A stretch of DNA of 64,000 nucleotides from Phycisphaeraceae bacterium (GTDB lineage: Bacteria; Planctomycetota; Phycisphaerae; Phycisphaerales; Zrk34). The stretch covers positions 36,244 through 100,243 of the forward strand of contig JBBDRF010000062.1 of the NCBI GenBank assembly GCA_040905565.1, in the 5' to 3' direction. Made by a program: the position numbers and the translations under genes. Below the pieces are notes generated by a model. That model saw only the letters and a program-made list of their open reading frames with translations, had not been told where the DNA came from and did not search any database. This document shows positions 37,921 through 47,250 of the stretch, piece after piece. The stretch's first letter is position 1, and every line of letters starts with the position of its first letter.

Positions 37921-38183
37921 TGGAAGCGCTGATGCAGTTCGGCGTCGCGGGGTTGATGGGGGCGCTGTGGGTGTGGGAACGGCGGTACAGCAGACGCCGG
38001 GAGGACGAGCTTACGCAGGCCCACGACAAACTCATGGAGCAGCACCGACACCTCGAATCACTGGTGACGCTGGTGCGGACGAACACGCGGGCGATGGTGG
38101 AATCGGAACGAACGGGCAAACGCATGTGCGATTTATTGAAAGGGATCGTTGATGAGCTACGTGAAAACAAGCGGGCAGCGTGA
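37920..38183 (+). CDS. Holin-like small membrane protein
   Basis: Single N-terminal TM (QFGVAGLMGALWVW), charged coiled tail with NTRAM motif, TGATG coupling. Resembles BhlA/UviB-type holins. Confidence 0.55.
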   Translation: MEALMQFGVAGLMGALWVWERRYSRRREDELTQAHDKLMEQHRHLESLVTLVRTNTRAMVESERTGKRMCDLLKGIVDELRENKRAA

Positions 38184-38676
38184 GTGCAACAGTGTCAGGC
38201 GGTGGGGGGGAGGCGTGCTGGGCGCGATCGCATTGACGGCCGTGGTGCTGGCGACGGGGTGTGCCTCGCCGCCTTCGGTGGAGGGGCTGTTGCTGGTCGC
38301 GGAGCAGACGCTGGCGGAAGAGAGGCAGTGGCTGGAAAGTGACAAGGAGCGGGCGGCGGTGTCGATGGCGCAGCAGCGCGAGGGGCTGGAGGCGGCCTTC
38401 GAAGCAGACCTTCAGCAGCGCGAGACCGTCGACGAGGAGTGGCTGATGCGGGGGGTGCGGGTCTACGTCGATGCCCGCGAATCGCTGGTTCGGCATGAGG
38501 TTCAGCTTCAACAGGAATACCAAACCCGGCAGCAGAATCTCACGTTAGCCGGCGAAGCTGTGCAGCGGGCGCGGACGATGCTCGCGCAGCAGGACGCGGT
38601 CTTTGAGCGGGTGCCCGATGCACGACGCTGGCTTCACGAAGAACACGAACGTTACCAACAGGAGGCAGAGCAATGA
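38149..38676 (+). CDS. Coiled-coil lipoprotein (possibly spanin-like)
   Basis: Hydrophobic leader with lipobox LATGC followed by a helical coiled coil. Start uncertain. Confidence 0.55.
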   Translation: MMSYVKTSGQRECNSVRRWGGGVLGAIALTAVVLATGCASPPSVEGLLLVAEQTLAEERQWLESDKERAAVSMAQQREGLEAAFEADLQQRETVDEEWLMRGVRVYVDARESLVRHEVQLQQEYQTRQQNLTLAGEAVQRARTMLAQQDAVFERVPDARRWLHEEHERYQQEAEQ

Positions 38677-38960
38677 ACACAGGCAACTCGGATCGACGGG
38701 AACAGCAGACGCGAGCGTTGCAGGAAATCGTCGCCGATCGCATCGGCATGCGATGGGAGCAGTTTGCTTCGGAGCATCCGAATCTTTCCGCGGCGATCGA
38801 ACGCGTCCGGCTGATCGAAAACGGCGTGCGGCAACTTGAGCGCGAGCCGGCTTACCGTGAGGCGATGGAGGCTGCGGGGCGGGACGAAGCGGTGCTTGCT
38901 GCGTCGGCACGGCTCGTGGGCGAGATCGACAAGTGGGTGGTAAGGGCGCTGGGGCTTTGA
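38673..38960 (+). CDS. Hypothetical protein, end of virion operon
   Basis: RBS AGGAGG and ATGA overlap with the lipoprotein gene. Confidence 0.65.
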   Translation: MNTGNSDRREQQTRALQEIVADRIGMRWEQFASEHPNLSAAIERVRLIENGVRQLEREPAYREAMEAAGRDEAVLAASARLVGEIDKWVVRALGL

Positions 38961-39062
38961 TGAGGGCGCGGGTGAGGCGACCGGACCGGCAGTTGCGGAA
39001 GCGCCGGTCCGGTCGTATGCTCGCGAGCGATCCAGATACATTTCGCAACAGGAGCGAAAACG

Positions 39063-39689
39063 ATGCGTTGTGCAGCGTGGCTAGTGGCAGTGGGCGTGAT
39101 AATGACGGTGGCCGTCTCGACGGCTTCGGCACAGGACGAGGAACTGAATCTGCGTCCTGATCCAAGCCCGGCAGGGCTTATCCCTCCGACCAACGATCCG
39201 TTCGCCAAGGGCACTTGGCAGGTGAGCCTGTACGGCGGCGCAATCCGCGAAAGTTTCGGGCGGGGTAATGAGACGATCGCTTTCGGCGCAGCTGGCATCG
39301 AGTATTTCGTCTTCGACGATTTCAGTTTCATGTTCGAGCCCATCGGCTACTCCGTCTCGCAGAACGAGGTTTCCGACACTTACGGCGGCGGGCTGAACAT
39401 CGGCTTCCGGCACCACCTGCTCAAGTTCGACGAAAGCCGCATCGCCATCTACTGGGAAGGCCTGGTCGGTTACGCACATTTCAACGATCGCACGCCCGGA
39501 CCGGACGGCACGCACTCGAACTTCACCATCTGGACCGGCCCGGGCGTGAAGTGGCGGGTGGTCGATAATCTGTCGCTCATCGGTGGGATGCGTTACTTCC
39601 ACCTTTCCAACGCCCGGCGGCGCGGAAAGAGTCGCAACCCCTCCATCGACGGGTTCGGCGGCTATGGCGGGTTCACGCTTCACTTCTGA
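39063..39689 (+). CDS. PagL-like acyloxyacyl hydrolase (outer-membrane beta-barrel)
   Basis: Signal peptide, GTHSNF, RYFHLSNA (HxSNA motif), NPSID and terminal Phe. Confidence 0.8.
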   Translation: MRCAAWLVAVGVIMTVAVSTASAQDEELNLRPDPSPAGLIPPTNDPFAKGTWQVSLYGGAIRESFGRGNETIAFGAAGIEYFVFDDFSFMFEPIGYSVSQNEVSDTYGGGLNIGFRHHLLKFDESRIAIYWEGLVGYAHFNDRTPGPDGTHSNFTIWTGPGVKWRVVDNLSLIGGMRYFHLSNARRRGKSRNPSIDGFGGYGGFTLHF

Positions 39690-39725
39690 AGCACGCGTTA
39701 GCGGAGCGGAGATAGAAATAATTTC

Positions 39726-39757
39726 AAGGGCACGGCGTATAAGCGTCGTGCCTTTTT
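39726..39757 (+). terminator. Rho-independent terminator
   Basis: AAGGGCACGGCG-TATAAG-CGTCGTGCCTTTTT between convergent genes. Confidence 0.7.
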
Positions 39758-39775
39758 CATGCGCAGGCGGAATCG

Positions 39776-41092
39776 TTACGGCTTGAGATCGGGCACGCCC
39801 ATCTCGCGGCCGTACACGGCGACGAGCCTTTCGAACGTGGTGCCGTAATCTTCTTCCAGCGCTTCGCGCCAGGGCTTGCCGTCCTTGATCGCCTGAAAAA
39901 ACTTCACGTAGCCTGCACTGTTATGCCTGATCAGGAACTCCGTCATCGTGTAGGCCACGCCGTACTGCCACGCTTCGATGTGCGACGCTTCGAAGTATTC
40001 TTCGAGCGAGCCTCGGCTTTGCAGTTCGTTCTCCGCCTGTCGTTGCGAGCGCTGAAGGCGTTCGAGGTTGGGCACGATCGCATAGGCGGCCCACTCGGCG
40101 AGCCCTTCGTTGATCCAGGAAACGACGGGGCGTTGCTTGCGGTATCGGAAGACGAAGCCGTGGGTCGCTTCATGCACGAGCGTATGGGCGACGGTGTGGC
40201 GGTCGTCGCTGTGCTTGTACAGGGCGATGTGGACCTTGCCGGACGAGAAGCTGTGGCACATGCCGGCGCTGCTGCCGGGGTCGACCTGGTGCACCGTTCT
40301 CTGAAAGTTCTGATAGTCGTCGCCGCTTTCGAACATGAAGACGATCGCTTTGCCGCGCCAGATGTTCGTGCCGGCGGGCAGGTCGAACTCCTTCAGCAGC
40401 ATCGCGTACATCCGGTCGAGCAGGCCGTGCCACTGCTCGGCTTCGTCGGAAGGCAGATCCGTGCAGAAGAGAAAGTACTCCGATTTGTAAAGCTGTAGAT
40501 CGACCTCAATCTTCTTGGCACCTGCTTCGGCGAACGCCAGAAGCTCTTCGATCGTCGCGGCGTGCTCTTCTTCGGTGAACTCTGACTGCGCAGCGGCGGC
40601 GACTGTGTCACCACCGTCACCTGCGTCTGAGTCGTCTCCTTCGAGTCGTGTGATGCGGCCGGCGATGATCTGCTTGCCCTGTTCGGCCAGCGACGCTTCC
40701 ATCCGCACCGCCCGCCGAATCGCCTGCCGCATCAGCCCTTCAGCATGGCGGTCGTCGATCAGGCTCAATCGGCGCGCGAGCGTGAGTTGATCTTCAGCGG
40801 TGCTGTCGCGGCCGAGGATGCGCGCATGCACGGAAGCGACCTGGCGGGAAGCAAGCTCAGCCCACCGCACCTCCACCACTTCGCCGTCTTCCTGCAGAAG
40901 TTCGAACGCGTCGCCTTCCCACGCGATGACCTGCCCCCGCAACCGCTGCTTACCCTGCTGGACGACGACCACAGGTGGGTCCTTAAACTCGACCCTTTCC
41001 GCCGCTGCCGCTGTGGCCGGCGACGCAATCGTCACCCATGCCGAGAGAAGCATGATCACGACCGCGACGCTGTGTCGTTGAATACAGTCCAT
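39776..41092 (-). CDS. Exported gluzincin-like (peptidase MA) protein
   Basis: Signal peptide, LVHEATH (HExxH) and WINEGLAEW. Confidence 0.75.
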   Translation of the reverse strand: MDCIQRHSVAVVIMLLSAWVTIASPATAAAAERVEFKDPPVVVVQQGKQRLRGQVIAWEGDAFELLQEDGEVVEVRWAELASRQVASVHARILGRDSTAEDQLTLARRLSLIDDRHAEGLMRQAIRRAVRMEASLAEQGKQIIAGRITRLEGDDSDAGDGGDTVAAAAQSEFTEEEHAATIEELLAFAEAGAKKIEVDLQLYKSEYFLFCTDLPSDEAEQWHGLLDRMYAMLLKEFDLPAGTNIWRGKAIVFMFESGDDYQNFQRTVHQVDPGSSAGMCHSFSSGKVHIALYKHSDDRHTVAHTLVHEATHGFVFRYRKQRPVVSWINEGLAEWAAYAIVPNLERLQRSQRQAENELQSRGSLEEYFEASHIEAWQYGVAYTMTEFLIRHNSAGYVKFFQAIKDGKPWREALEEDYGTTFERLVAVYGREMGVPDLKP

Positions 41093-41226
41093 CTACCGAC
41101 GCCTCCACTTGTGTGCTTGCGGTGGTACGTGCGGAGCCCCGTTGCTGAGACAGTGTAGCAGGGTTTGTTTTTACAGAGCTTTTAGCCGGATATGCTTGGG
41201 GAGTCTGTTTTGCAAGGGAGCCGCTG

Positions 41227-42324
41227 ATGATTGTGGGTGTACCGCGAGAAGTGAAGGACGACGAATACCGCGTGGCCCTGCGGCCGGTCGGTGCGGAACT
41301 GCTCACGCAGGACGGCCATAGCGTGCTCATCGAGCGTGAATCGGGCAGAGGGTCGGGCTTCACTGACGATCTCTACAAAGCAGCCGGGGCCACGCTGGTC
41401 GATTCGCCCGAGGAGATCTACAGCCGGGCGGAGCTGGTGTTGAAGGTGAAAGAGCCTCAGCCTCAGGAGATCGCCCTGATGCAGCCGGGGCAGGTGATCT
41501 TCGGCTACTTCCATTTCGCTGCCTCGGCGGAGCTGACCACCGGCTGCCTCAAGGCCGGCGTCACCGCGGTCGCCTACGAAACCCTGCGCGATCGCAAAGG
41601 GGAGTTGCCGCTGCTGACGCCGATGAGTGAAGTCGCCGGCCGCATGTCGATTCAGCAGGGCGCGAAGTACCTGGAGCGTCCGATGATGGGCCGGGGCATT
41701 CTCCTGGCCGGCGTCCCGGGGGTTGAACCGGCGAACGTGCTGGTGATGGGCGGCGGCGTCGTCGGCACCAACGCAGCTTGGATCGCTGCGGGCATGGGCG
41801 CCAACGTGGTGATCATGGACATCAACCTCGATCGCCTGCGTTACCTCGATACGGTCATGCAGCCGAACGTCACGACGATCTACAGCGATCCCCACGCCGT
41901 CGATTGGCAGATTGAACATGCGGATCTGGTGATCGGCGCGGTGCTGATCCCCGGCTCGCGTGCGCCCCGGCTGGTGAAAGAAGAGCAGGTGCGGCGGATG
42001 CGGGACGGCGCGGTCATCGTCGACGTCAGCATTGATCAAGGCGGGTGCATCGAAACCGCTCGACCGACCACGCACCAGGAGCCGACCTACATCAAGCACG
42101 GCGTGGTGCACTACTGCGTCACCAACATGCCCGGAGCCGTCGGCCGTACCAGTACGCAAGCCCTGTGCAACGCCACCCTGCCCTATGTGCGTGACCTGGC
42201 GAACAAGGGCGTCGATGCGTTCGCTGCGATCGATGAAGGCCACGCCGCCGCTGTAAACATCCGCGACGGCAAAATCACCCACCCCGGCGTCGCAGAGGCG
42301 TACCAGAACCTGCAGCGGGCGTGA
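41227..42324 (+). CDS. ald: Alanine dehydrogenase
   Basis: GVPREVKDDEYRV, KVKEP, PMSEVAGR, GGGVVG, IDQGGC and YCVTNMPG. Confidence 0.97.
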   Translation: MIVGVPREVKDDEYRVALRPVGAELLTQDGHSVLIERESGRGSGFTDDLYKAAGATLVDSPEEIYSRAELVLKVKEPQPQEIALMQPGQVIFGYFHFAASAELTTGCLKAGVTAVAYETLRDRKGELPLLTPMSEVAGRMSIQQGAKYLERPMMGRGILLAGVPGVEPANVLVMGGGVVGTNAAWIAAGMGANVVIMDINLDRLRYLDTVMQPNVTTIYSDPHAVDWQIEHADLVIGAVLIPGSRAPRLVKEEQVRRMRDGAVIVDVSIDQGGCIETARPTTHQEPTYIKHGVVHYCVTNMPGAVGRTSTQALCNATLPYVRDLANKGVDAFAAIDEGHAAAVNIRDGKITHPGVAEAYQNLQRA

Positions 42325-42330
42325 TGTCTG

Positions 42331-42876
42331 TTACGTCGCGGGTACCGTCGTCGGTGCGGTTGGCCAGAAGGCGGCCAGGGCGAGCATGAACCAGATGACG
42401 CAGCCGATGCCAAGCTTCGCGACCGTGCCCCACAGCCTTCCCATCGCAGCCCCGTGCCCTGATTGCATCGACGCTCCCCACGTGCGGCCCTGACCGCGTT
42501 CGACCAACAGCGTGCCCGCAAAAGCCCCCGCACATGCTCCCACTATCGAGCCAATCAGCGGGACGGGGATCGCGAACGTCCCGACGATGCCGCCGACGAT
42601 CGCGCCGATGATGGCACCCACCGCCCCCCAGCGCGTGCCGCCTGATCGCGACGAGCCGACCGCGCCGAGCGCGAACTCTGCGATCTCGCCGAGCGTCGCC
42701 AGCACCACCGCCAGCATCAGCACGCTCCAGGGCATCAGCGGTTGTTCGGGGGCTGTGTACCAGTTCACAGCAGCTGCGGTCAGGATCATCAGCCACGTGC
42801 CGGGCAGACCGATCGCCACGGTGAAAAGCCACACCGCGTTCAACAGCGTTACCAGACTGGCCCAGACAAATATCAC
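42331..42876 (-). CDS. DUF456 family membrane protein
   Basis: GLPGTWL and GAIIGAIVGGIVG..IPVPLIGSIVGA motifs. Confidence 0.85.
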   Translation of the reverse strand: MIFVWASLVTLLNAVWLFTVAIGLPGTWLMILTAAAVNWYTAPEQPLMPWSVLMLAVVLATLGEIAEFALGAVGSSRSGGTRWGAVGAIIGAIVGGIVGTFAIPVPLIGSIVGACAGAFAGTLLVERGQGRTWGASMQSGHGAAMGRLWGTVAKLGIGCVIWFMLALAAFWPTAPTTVPAT

Positions 42877-42877
42877 G

Positions 42878-43519
42878 TTATTTCACTGCCGCTGCGGTGG
42901 CTGTGGCGTCGAGGCCGGTAGGGGGGGCGTCCCATCGCACGATCACGTTCCAGCCGAGTGCGCCGAAGAACTGATCCATCACCTTTTCAGTTTGGGCGCA
43001 GGCCTGCGTGATGAGCTTTTCATCTTTGGCCGCTTCACCGAGCACACGCTGGGCAGCACTCATGGCGCGGTTCGTCACGGCTCGCTCCGCCGACTGGCCA
43101 GGCCCGATCCGCCACATGCCCGTCCGCTGAATCTCCACGATCCGCGTCTTCTCATGATCCACCCGTGGCCGCTGCGCCTCCGGACGAGGCAGTACCAGCA
43201 CCGCGTCGAGCCGCTGCTCATCGATGTCCTCGAACCGGGCATTGGAAAGGTCGGTCATGATCTGCACATCGCCTCGGACGTTCACCATGATCTTCACGCC
43301 CCCGGTGTAGCCGGCCAGTTCGCTGACATGCAGGTCGCTGATCGGCACGTTCAGCGTCACCAGCGAGGCCAGTGCCTGCACCTGCTCAATGCGCGGGACG
43401 CTTGGGCGGTGGGTCACGGGATCCGGGCCCGGCTGCGTCGGCTGCTGCAGGATGCCTGCGTAGAACGCCCCGCCGCCGATCGCCGTCATCATCAGAATTA
43501 GAAAGGCCCCGCGGATCAT
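42878..43519 (-). CDS. DUF4230-like protein
   Basis: N-terminal TM, LASLVTL, GDVQIMTDLS, LVLPRPE and FFGALGWNV. Confidence 0.7.
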   Translation of the reverse strand: MIRGAFLILMMTAIGGGAFYAGILQQPTQPGPDPVTHRPSVPRIEQVQALASLVTLNVPISDLHVSELAGYTGGVKIMVNVRGDVQIMTDLSNARFEDIDEQRLDAVLVLPRPEAQRPRVDHEKTRIVEIQRTGMWRIGPGQSAERAVTNRAMSAAQRVLGEAAKDEKLITQACAQTEKVMDQFFGALGWNVIVRWDAPPTGLDATATAAAVK

Positions 43520-43665
43520 GGCTGTGCCTCCTCGGGTGCCGGCGGATTGGCCGACTCCGCCCGCTCCGTGGCGTACCACATATCGACCGACACCAACGTC
43601 ACGGCTGCGACGCCGAGACCGACGATGATCGCGATGATTTTCTTTTTCGTCGACATAGCGCTCAT
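43516..43665 (-). CDS. Small membrane peptide
   Basis: MSAMSTKKKIIAIIVGLGVAAVTLVSV, with an ATGA overlap with the DUF4230-like gene. Confidence 0.5.
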   Translation of the reverse strand: MSAMSTKKKIIAIIVGLGVAAVTLVSVDMWYATERAESANPPAPEEAQP

Positions 43666-43733
43666 ATTACGTGTGTCATCGGCAGAAAGTGCGCTCGACG
43701 CAACGTTTTTTCGCGGATAATCCTGGAGGACTT

Positions 43734-44141
43734 TTACCGATGGCAGGCGGGCTGTGCATCCCGTAGCGTGCGCATCCGCCATCGCAGTGCCGGCCCTCGG
43801 CTGATCTGGACCAGCCCCTGAAAGTGTCGCAGGCGCAGTTCGAAGTAGCCGCCGTCTTCATGCCATTGGTGGACGATGGCCGTGCCGCGATCAATCTGCT
43901 GCACCGTACCCCGCCGGCCGCCGATGGCCCCGGAGCGGCGAAGGTACACCCGGCGATGGGCGATCAATTCCTCCATCGCCATCACCCGCTGCGGCCACAT
44001 CCACGAAGGCAGCGGCAGACGCCAGGTCAGCAGCCGATCCGCGTCCGGCCCGCGCTGGCCGCCCGGCGTTTCAAGCATCCAGTCGTAGTGATTGCCGCCG
44101 CGGAGCTGATGCCGTAGCAGGACGGTTTTAAGACTCTGCAT
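43734..44141 (-). CDS. Stand-alone LigD 3'-phosphoesterase-like domain protein
   Basis: LRH...HYDWMLE...LLTW...HRRVYL...GTVQQIDRG pattern. Confidence 0.6.
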   Translation of the reverse strand: MQSLKTVLLRHQLRGGNHYDWMLETPGGQRGPDADRLLTWRLPLPSWMWPQRVMAMEELIAHRRVYLRRSGAIGGRRGTVQQIDRGTAIVHQWHEDGGYFELRLRHFQGLVQISRGPALRWRMRTLRDAQPACHR

Positions 44142-44337
44142 CGCTCACCTCCTTCTAAGCTCCGCCGCCCACCGGGGCGGAAGGATACGCTGCGACGTCC
44201 GCTTTGGTTATACGTCTGTTCCCGATGTTTGCCGCCGTCGTCGCTGTGGACGCTGGCAAACGTTTGCTTGTCCCGCTTCGCTCTACATCGTATCTTGGCA
44301 GACGATGATCAGGAACTACTGCCAAGGATCGGTACCG

Positions 44338-45153
44338 ATGAATATGCTCCGCTACGCGTCGCTTCTTTCGGCCTTGATGCTCGTGGCCACGCTCGCCGGC
44401 TGCGTCAATCAGCTTTCGCGTGACGCCAACCGCCTCAACGGTTACCAAGCCTACCGCAACGAGGATTACGACACAGCCCGCGAGCGCTTCGTGAGCGTGC
44501 TCGATGCCGACCCGACCGATTGGCGTAGTCACTACTACGTGGGGCTGATCGCGCTCAATGAGGATGACGACCCCGTCACGGCCCGTCGGCACTTGGACAT
44601 TTCGTACACCATCTACCAGGGCCGAGCGACAAAACGGCTGAACTACGAGATCGGCGATCCCAAGACGGGCGTGCCGTACCCCACCCGCAGTGACATCCTT
44701 GATGCCACCGCCGAGGCCATCTATCAGCAGGGCAACGAGCAACTGCTTCACGCCTTCCTCCGGCAGGCGGTTGAAGAAGAAGGCGACGTCACGGATCACC
44801 TCCGCATGGGCCGATACATGCAGAAGATCGGCGACCCCGATTCCGCCCGTTCCTCCTACCGTGCCGCCATCCGAAGCGTCGGCGGCAGCGACCCCGAGCC
44901 TTATATCCGCTACGCCGATTTCTACGAATCCATCGGCGACCAGTCACGAGCGGCCACGCAACTCCGCAAAGCCTACGGCATCGACCCCGAGCACCGCGGA
45001 CTCGGCAGCCGGCTCCGCGCCCACGGCTACGTCCCCGGCCCGACCGTCGCCATCCCCCACGACCAGCCCGAAGACACGCCGCCCCAACCCGCCCAGCCCG
45101 AAGACGACGCATCGGACGAAGCCGACTCCGAAGACGACCCCTCCGAAGAATAA
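44338..45153 (+). CDS. TPR-repeat lipoprotein
   Basis: Lipobox LAGC, TPR-like helices and an acidic tail. Confidence 0.75.
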   Translation: MNMLRYASLLSALMLVATLAGCVNQLSRDANRLNGYQAYRNEDYDTARERFVSVLDADPTDWRSHYYVGLIALNEDDDPVTARRHLDISYTIYQGRATKRLNYEIGDPKTGVPYPTRSDILDATAEAIYQQGNEQLLHAFLRQAVEEEGDVTDHLRMGRYMQKIGDPDSARSSYRAAIRSVGGSDPEPYIRYADFYESIGDQSRAATQLRKAYGIDPEHRGLGSRLRAHGYVPGPTVAIPHDQPEDTPPQPAQPEDDASDEADSEDDPSEE

Positions 45154-45243
45154 GGGGCAGTTCCATCGCACCTGCCGGCGTGCTTGATGAAGCCCGCGTC
45201 GTGCCGGGTTGGTGGTAGTGGGGGGCCGGGCTACACTATCGCC

Positions 45244-45543
45244 ATGACCGACGATCCGAACCATCCTGACCGCGATGCCGAGGCTCCCCCCGCCGGCGAG
45301 CAGGACCTCCCCGACTTTGAGCATTCCCTTTCGGAAGTGCAGCAGATCATCGACCAGATGGAAGCTGGCGAGGTTTCGCTCGAGCGCTCCCTTGAGCATT
45401 ACGGCCGAGGCATGAAGCTGATCCAGCACTGCGACAAGGTGCTCCAGCGTGCCGAGGTGCAGTTCCGTAAACTGAGTCCGCCGCCGCCGCCGCCGGCTTC
45501 GCCGCCTTCTGAGGAAGCCTCCGACGCCGACGAGATCTTCTAA
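45244..45543 (+). CDS. xseB: Exodeoxyribonuclease VII small subunit
   Basis: FEHSLSEVQQIIDQMEAGEVSLERSLEHYGRGMKLIQHC. Confidence 0.9.
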   Translation: MTDDPNHPDRDAEAPPAGEQDLPDFEHSLSEVQQIIDQMEAGEVSLERSLEHYGRGMKLIQHCDKVLQRAEVQFRKLSPPPPPPASPPSEEASDADEIF

Positions 45544-45601
45544 GCCTCGCATTTCTTTCTCCCAGTGGCGATCTGCCATCGCCCGCTGACTTTGTGAACG
45601 C

Positions 45602-46888
45602 ATGACGCCGACGGAATGGATGTGGCTGGTTTTCGTGACGCTTGCCGGCGGGTGCGTGGGCAGCTTCCTCAACGTGGTCGTCTATCGGCTGCCGCGCGGC
45701 GAGAGCATCGTCAGCCCCCCCTCCGCGTGCCCCCGCTGCGGTCACAAGCTTGCTGCTTACGACAACGTGCCCGTCCTCGGTTGGCTGTGGCTGCGGGGCA
45801 AGTGCCGTTACTGCGCCCAGCCGATCAGCCCGGAGTATCCGATTGTCGAGGCGATCGCGGCGGTCCTCTTCGGAGGCTGGTTCTTCATCTGCTACGGCAC
45901 GGCGCTCCAACCCGGGTTCGCCGGCCCGGGCCTGGAGGAGACGGCGCTGATCTTCGGCGTGACGCTCACGCTCCTCGGCGGGCTCCTCGCCGCCACGCTG
46001 ATCGACGCACGCCTGTACATCATCCCGCTGCAGATCCCCTGGCTCGTCTCGGCCGTCGCCCTGGTGATGTTGCCTTTGGCGGTGTGGCTTTTCCCGCTGG
46101 CGGTGGTGGAGGTGGAACTGCCGAGCCCCGAACGGCGAGGTCTGCTGCTGTCCGTCGGTGAACGCCTCGCCGATGTCCCCGAACCTTACGACAACAGTGC
46201 CGCCGTCCTCGCCGCCGTCACGTTTCGCGACGAAGGCCCCGTCACCGTCACGGCCGCGCCTTACGTCACCGGCCCCGCCATGTGGGCCGCGATCGTCGGC
46301 ATGTTCGGCCTCATCCTCGCGAACGTTCTCGTCTGGCGCGGCCTTCTCCCCCGAAGCTTCGCCGACGAGGAAGAGCACTTCAAGCAGGATGAAAACTACG
46401 ACCCGAACGATCCCGAAGGCTTCCTCTCTTACCCCCATGCCCGCCGTGAGATGCTCAAGGAAGCGCTGTTCCTGGCGCTGCCCATCGGCGGCTTCGCGCT
46501 CGGCTGGTACCTTGCTGCCGATGCTGAGGTCGGCCCCGTAGGTAGCGTGTTCGGCGGCGTGCTGACCGGCTACCTCGCAGGCGGCCTGACCGTCTGGGCG
46601 ACGCGGCTGCTCGGCACGCTCGGGTTTGGCCGCGAAGCCATGGGCCTGGGCGACGTTCATCTCATGGCCGCCGTCGGCGCCGTCGCGGGCTGGCAGGTGG
46701 CGGTCCTCGCCTTCTTCGTCGCCCCGTTCTTCGGCCTCGGCTGGGCCGTGCTCGCCGCAGGTGCCGCGAAGCTGATGAACCGCCAGGTCCGCGCCATCCC
46801 CTACGGGCCTCATCTCGCCGTCGCAACCGTCGTTGTCATGATCTTCCGCGAACCGCTGCTGGAACAGTTGGCGCTTGTGCTGTTATAA
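45602..46888 (+). CDS. pilD: Prepilin peptidase (A24)
   Basis: GSFLNVVVYRLP, two CxxC pairs, IDAR and AMGLGDVHL aspartates, IPYGPHL. Confidence 0.92.
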   Translation: MTPTEWMWLVFVTLAGGCVGSFLNVVVYRLPRGESIVSPPSACPRCGHKLAAYDNVPVLGWLWLRGKCRYCAQPISPEYPIVEAIAAVLFGGWFFICYGTALQPGFAGPGLEETALIFGVTLTLLGGLLAATLIDARLYIIPLQIPWLVSAVALVMLPLAVWLFPLAVVEVELPSPERRGLLLSVGERLADVPEPYDNSAAVLAAVTFRDEGPVTVTAAPYVTGPAMWAAIVGMFGLILANVLVWRGLLPRSFADEEEHFKQDENYDPNDPEGFLSYPHARREMLKEALFLALPIGGFALGWYLAADAEVGPVGSVFGGVLTGYLAGGLTVWATRLLGTLGFGREAMGLGDVHLMAAVGAVAGWQVAVLAFFVAPFFGLGWAVLAAGAAKLMNRQVRAIPYGPHLAVATVVVMIFREPLLEQLALVLL

Positions 46889-46919
46889 GTAGACTCCAAC
46901 GAACCAGAAGGGGCGACGC

Positions 46920-47171
46920 ATGAATCAAGTACGACGCAACAACAAAATGCTCGGGATCAAACTCGCAGCCTCCGCACTGCTCGTGGCGTACGTGCTGGCG
47001 TTCCTGGTCATCAACACCGGCAACACGGCCGACGTCTGGCTGCTCCCCTTCGCCGGCGTCCACACCATGCCCACGCTGCTGGTCATCCTCATCACCGCGA
47101 TCCTCAGCACGCTCGGTTGGTGGCTCGGCGCGCAGCTCTACCGCGCCTGGCGCCGAAGGCGCGCCCAGTAA
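46920..47171 (+). CDS. Small two-TM protein (LapA-like)
   Basis: Two TM segments with FLVINT between them and a basic tail. Confidence 0.6.
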   Translation: MNQVRRNNKMLGIKLAASALLVAYVLAFLVINTGNTADVWLLPFAGVHTMPTLLVILITAILSTLGWWLGAQLYRAWRRRRAQ

Positions 47172-47182
47172 TCACTTACCAA

Positions 47183-47208
47183 GTAGCCGCGGGCTTACAG
47201 CCCGCCGG
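47183..47208 (+). repeat. REP-like hairpin, copy C (GTAG-CC-GCGGGCT-TAC-AGCCCGC-CGG)
   Basis: Perfect 7-bp stem. 47182-47211 is the exact reverse complement of 49804-49833. Confidence 0.8.
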
Positions 47209-47250
47209 TCCCCAAGCAGCGCCACCGCACACGCATGAGAGCCACCTCCC

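Noticed and set aside
39063..39689. PagL-like gene as a phage moron of the virion operon
   Set aside because: It has its own RBS after a 100-bp gap, and such barrels are common host genes. Only adjacency supports a link.
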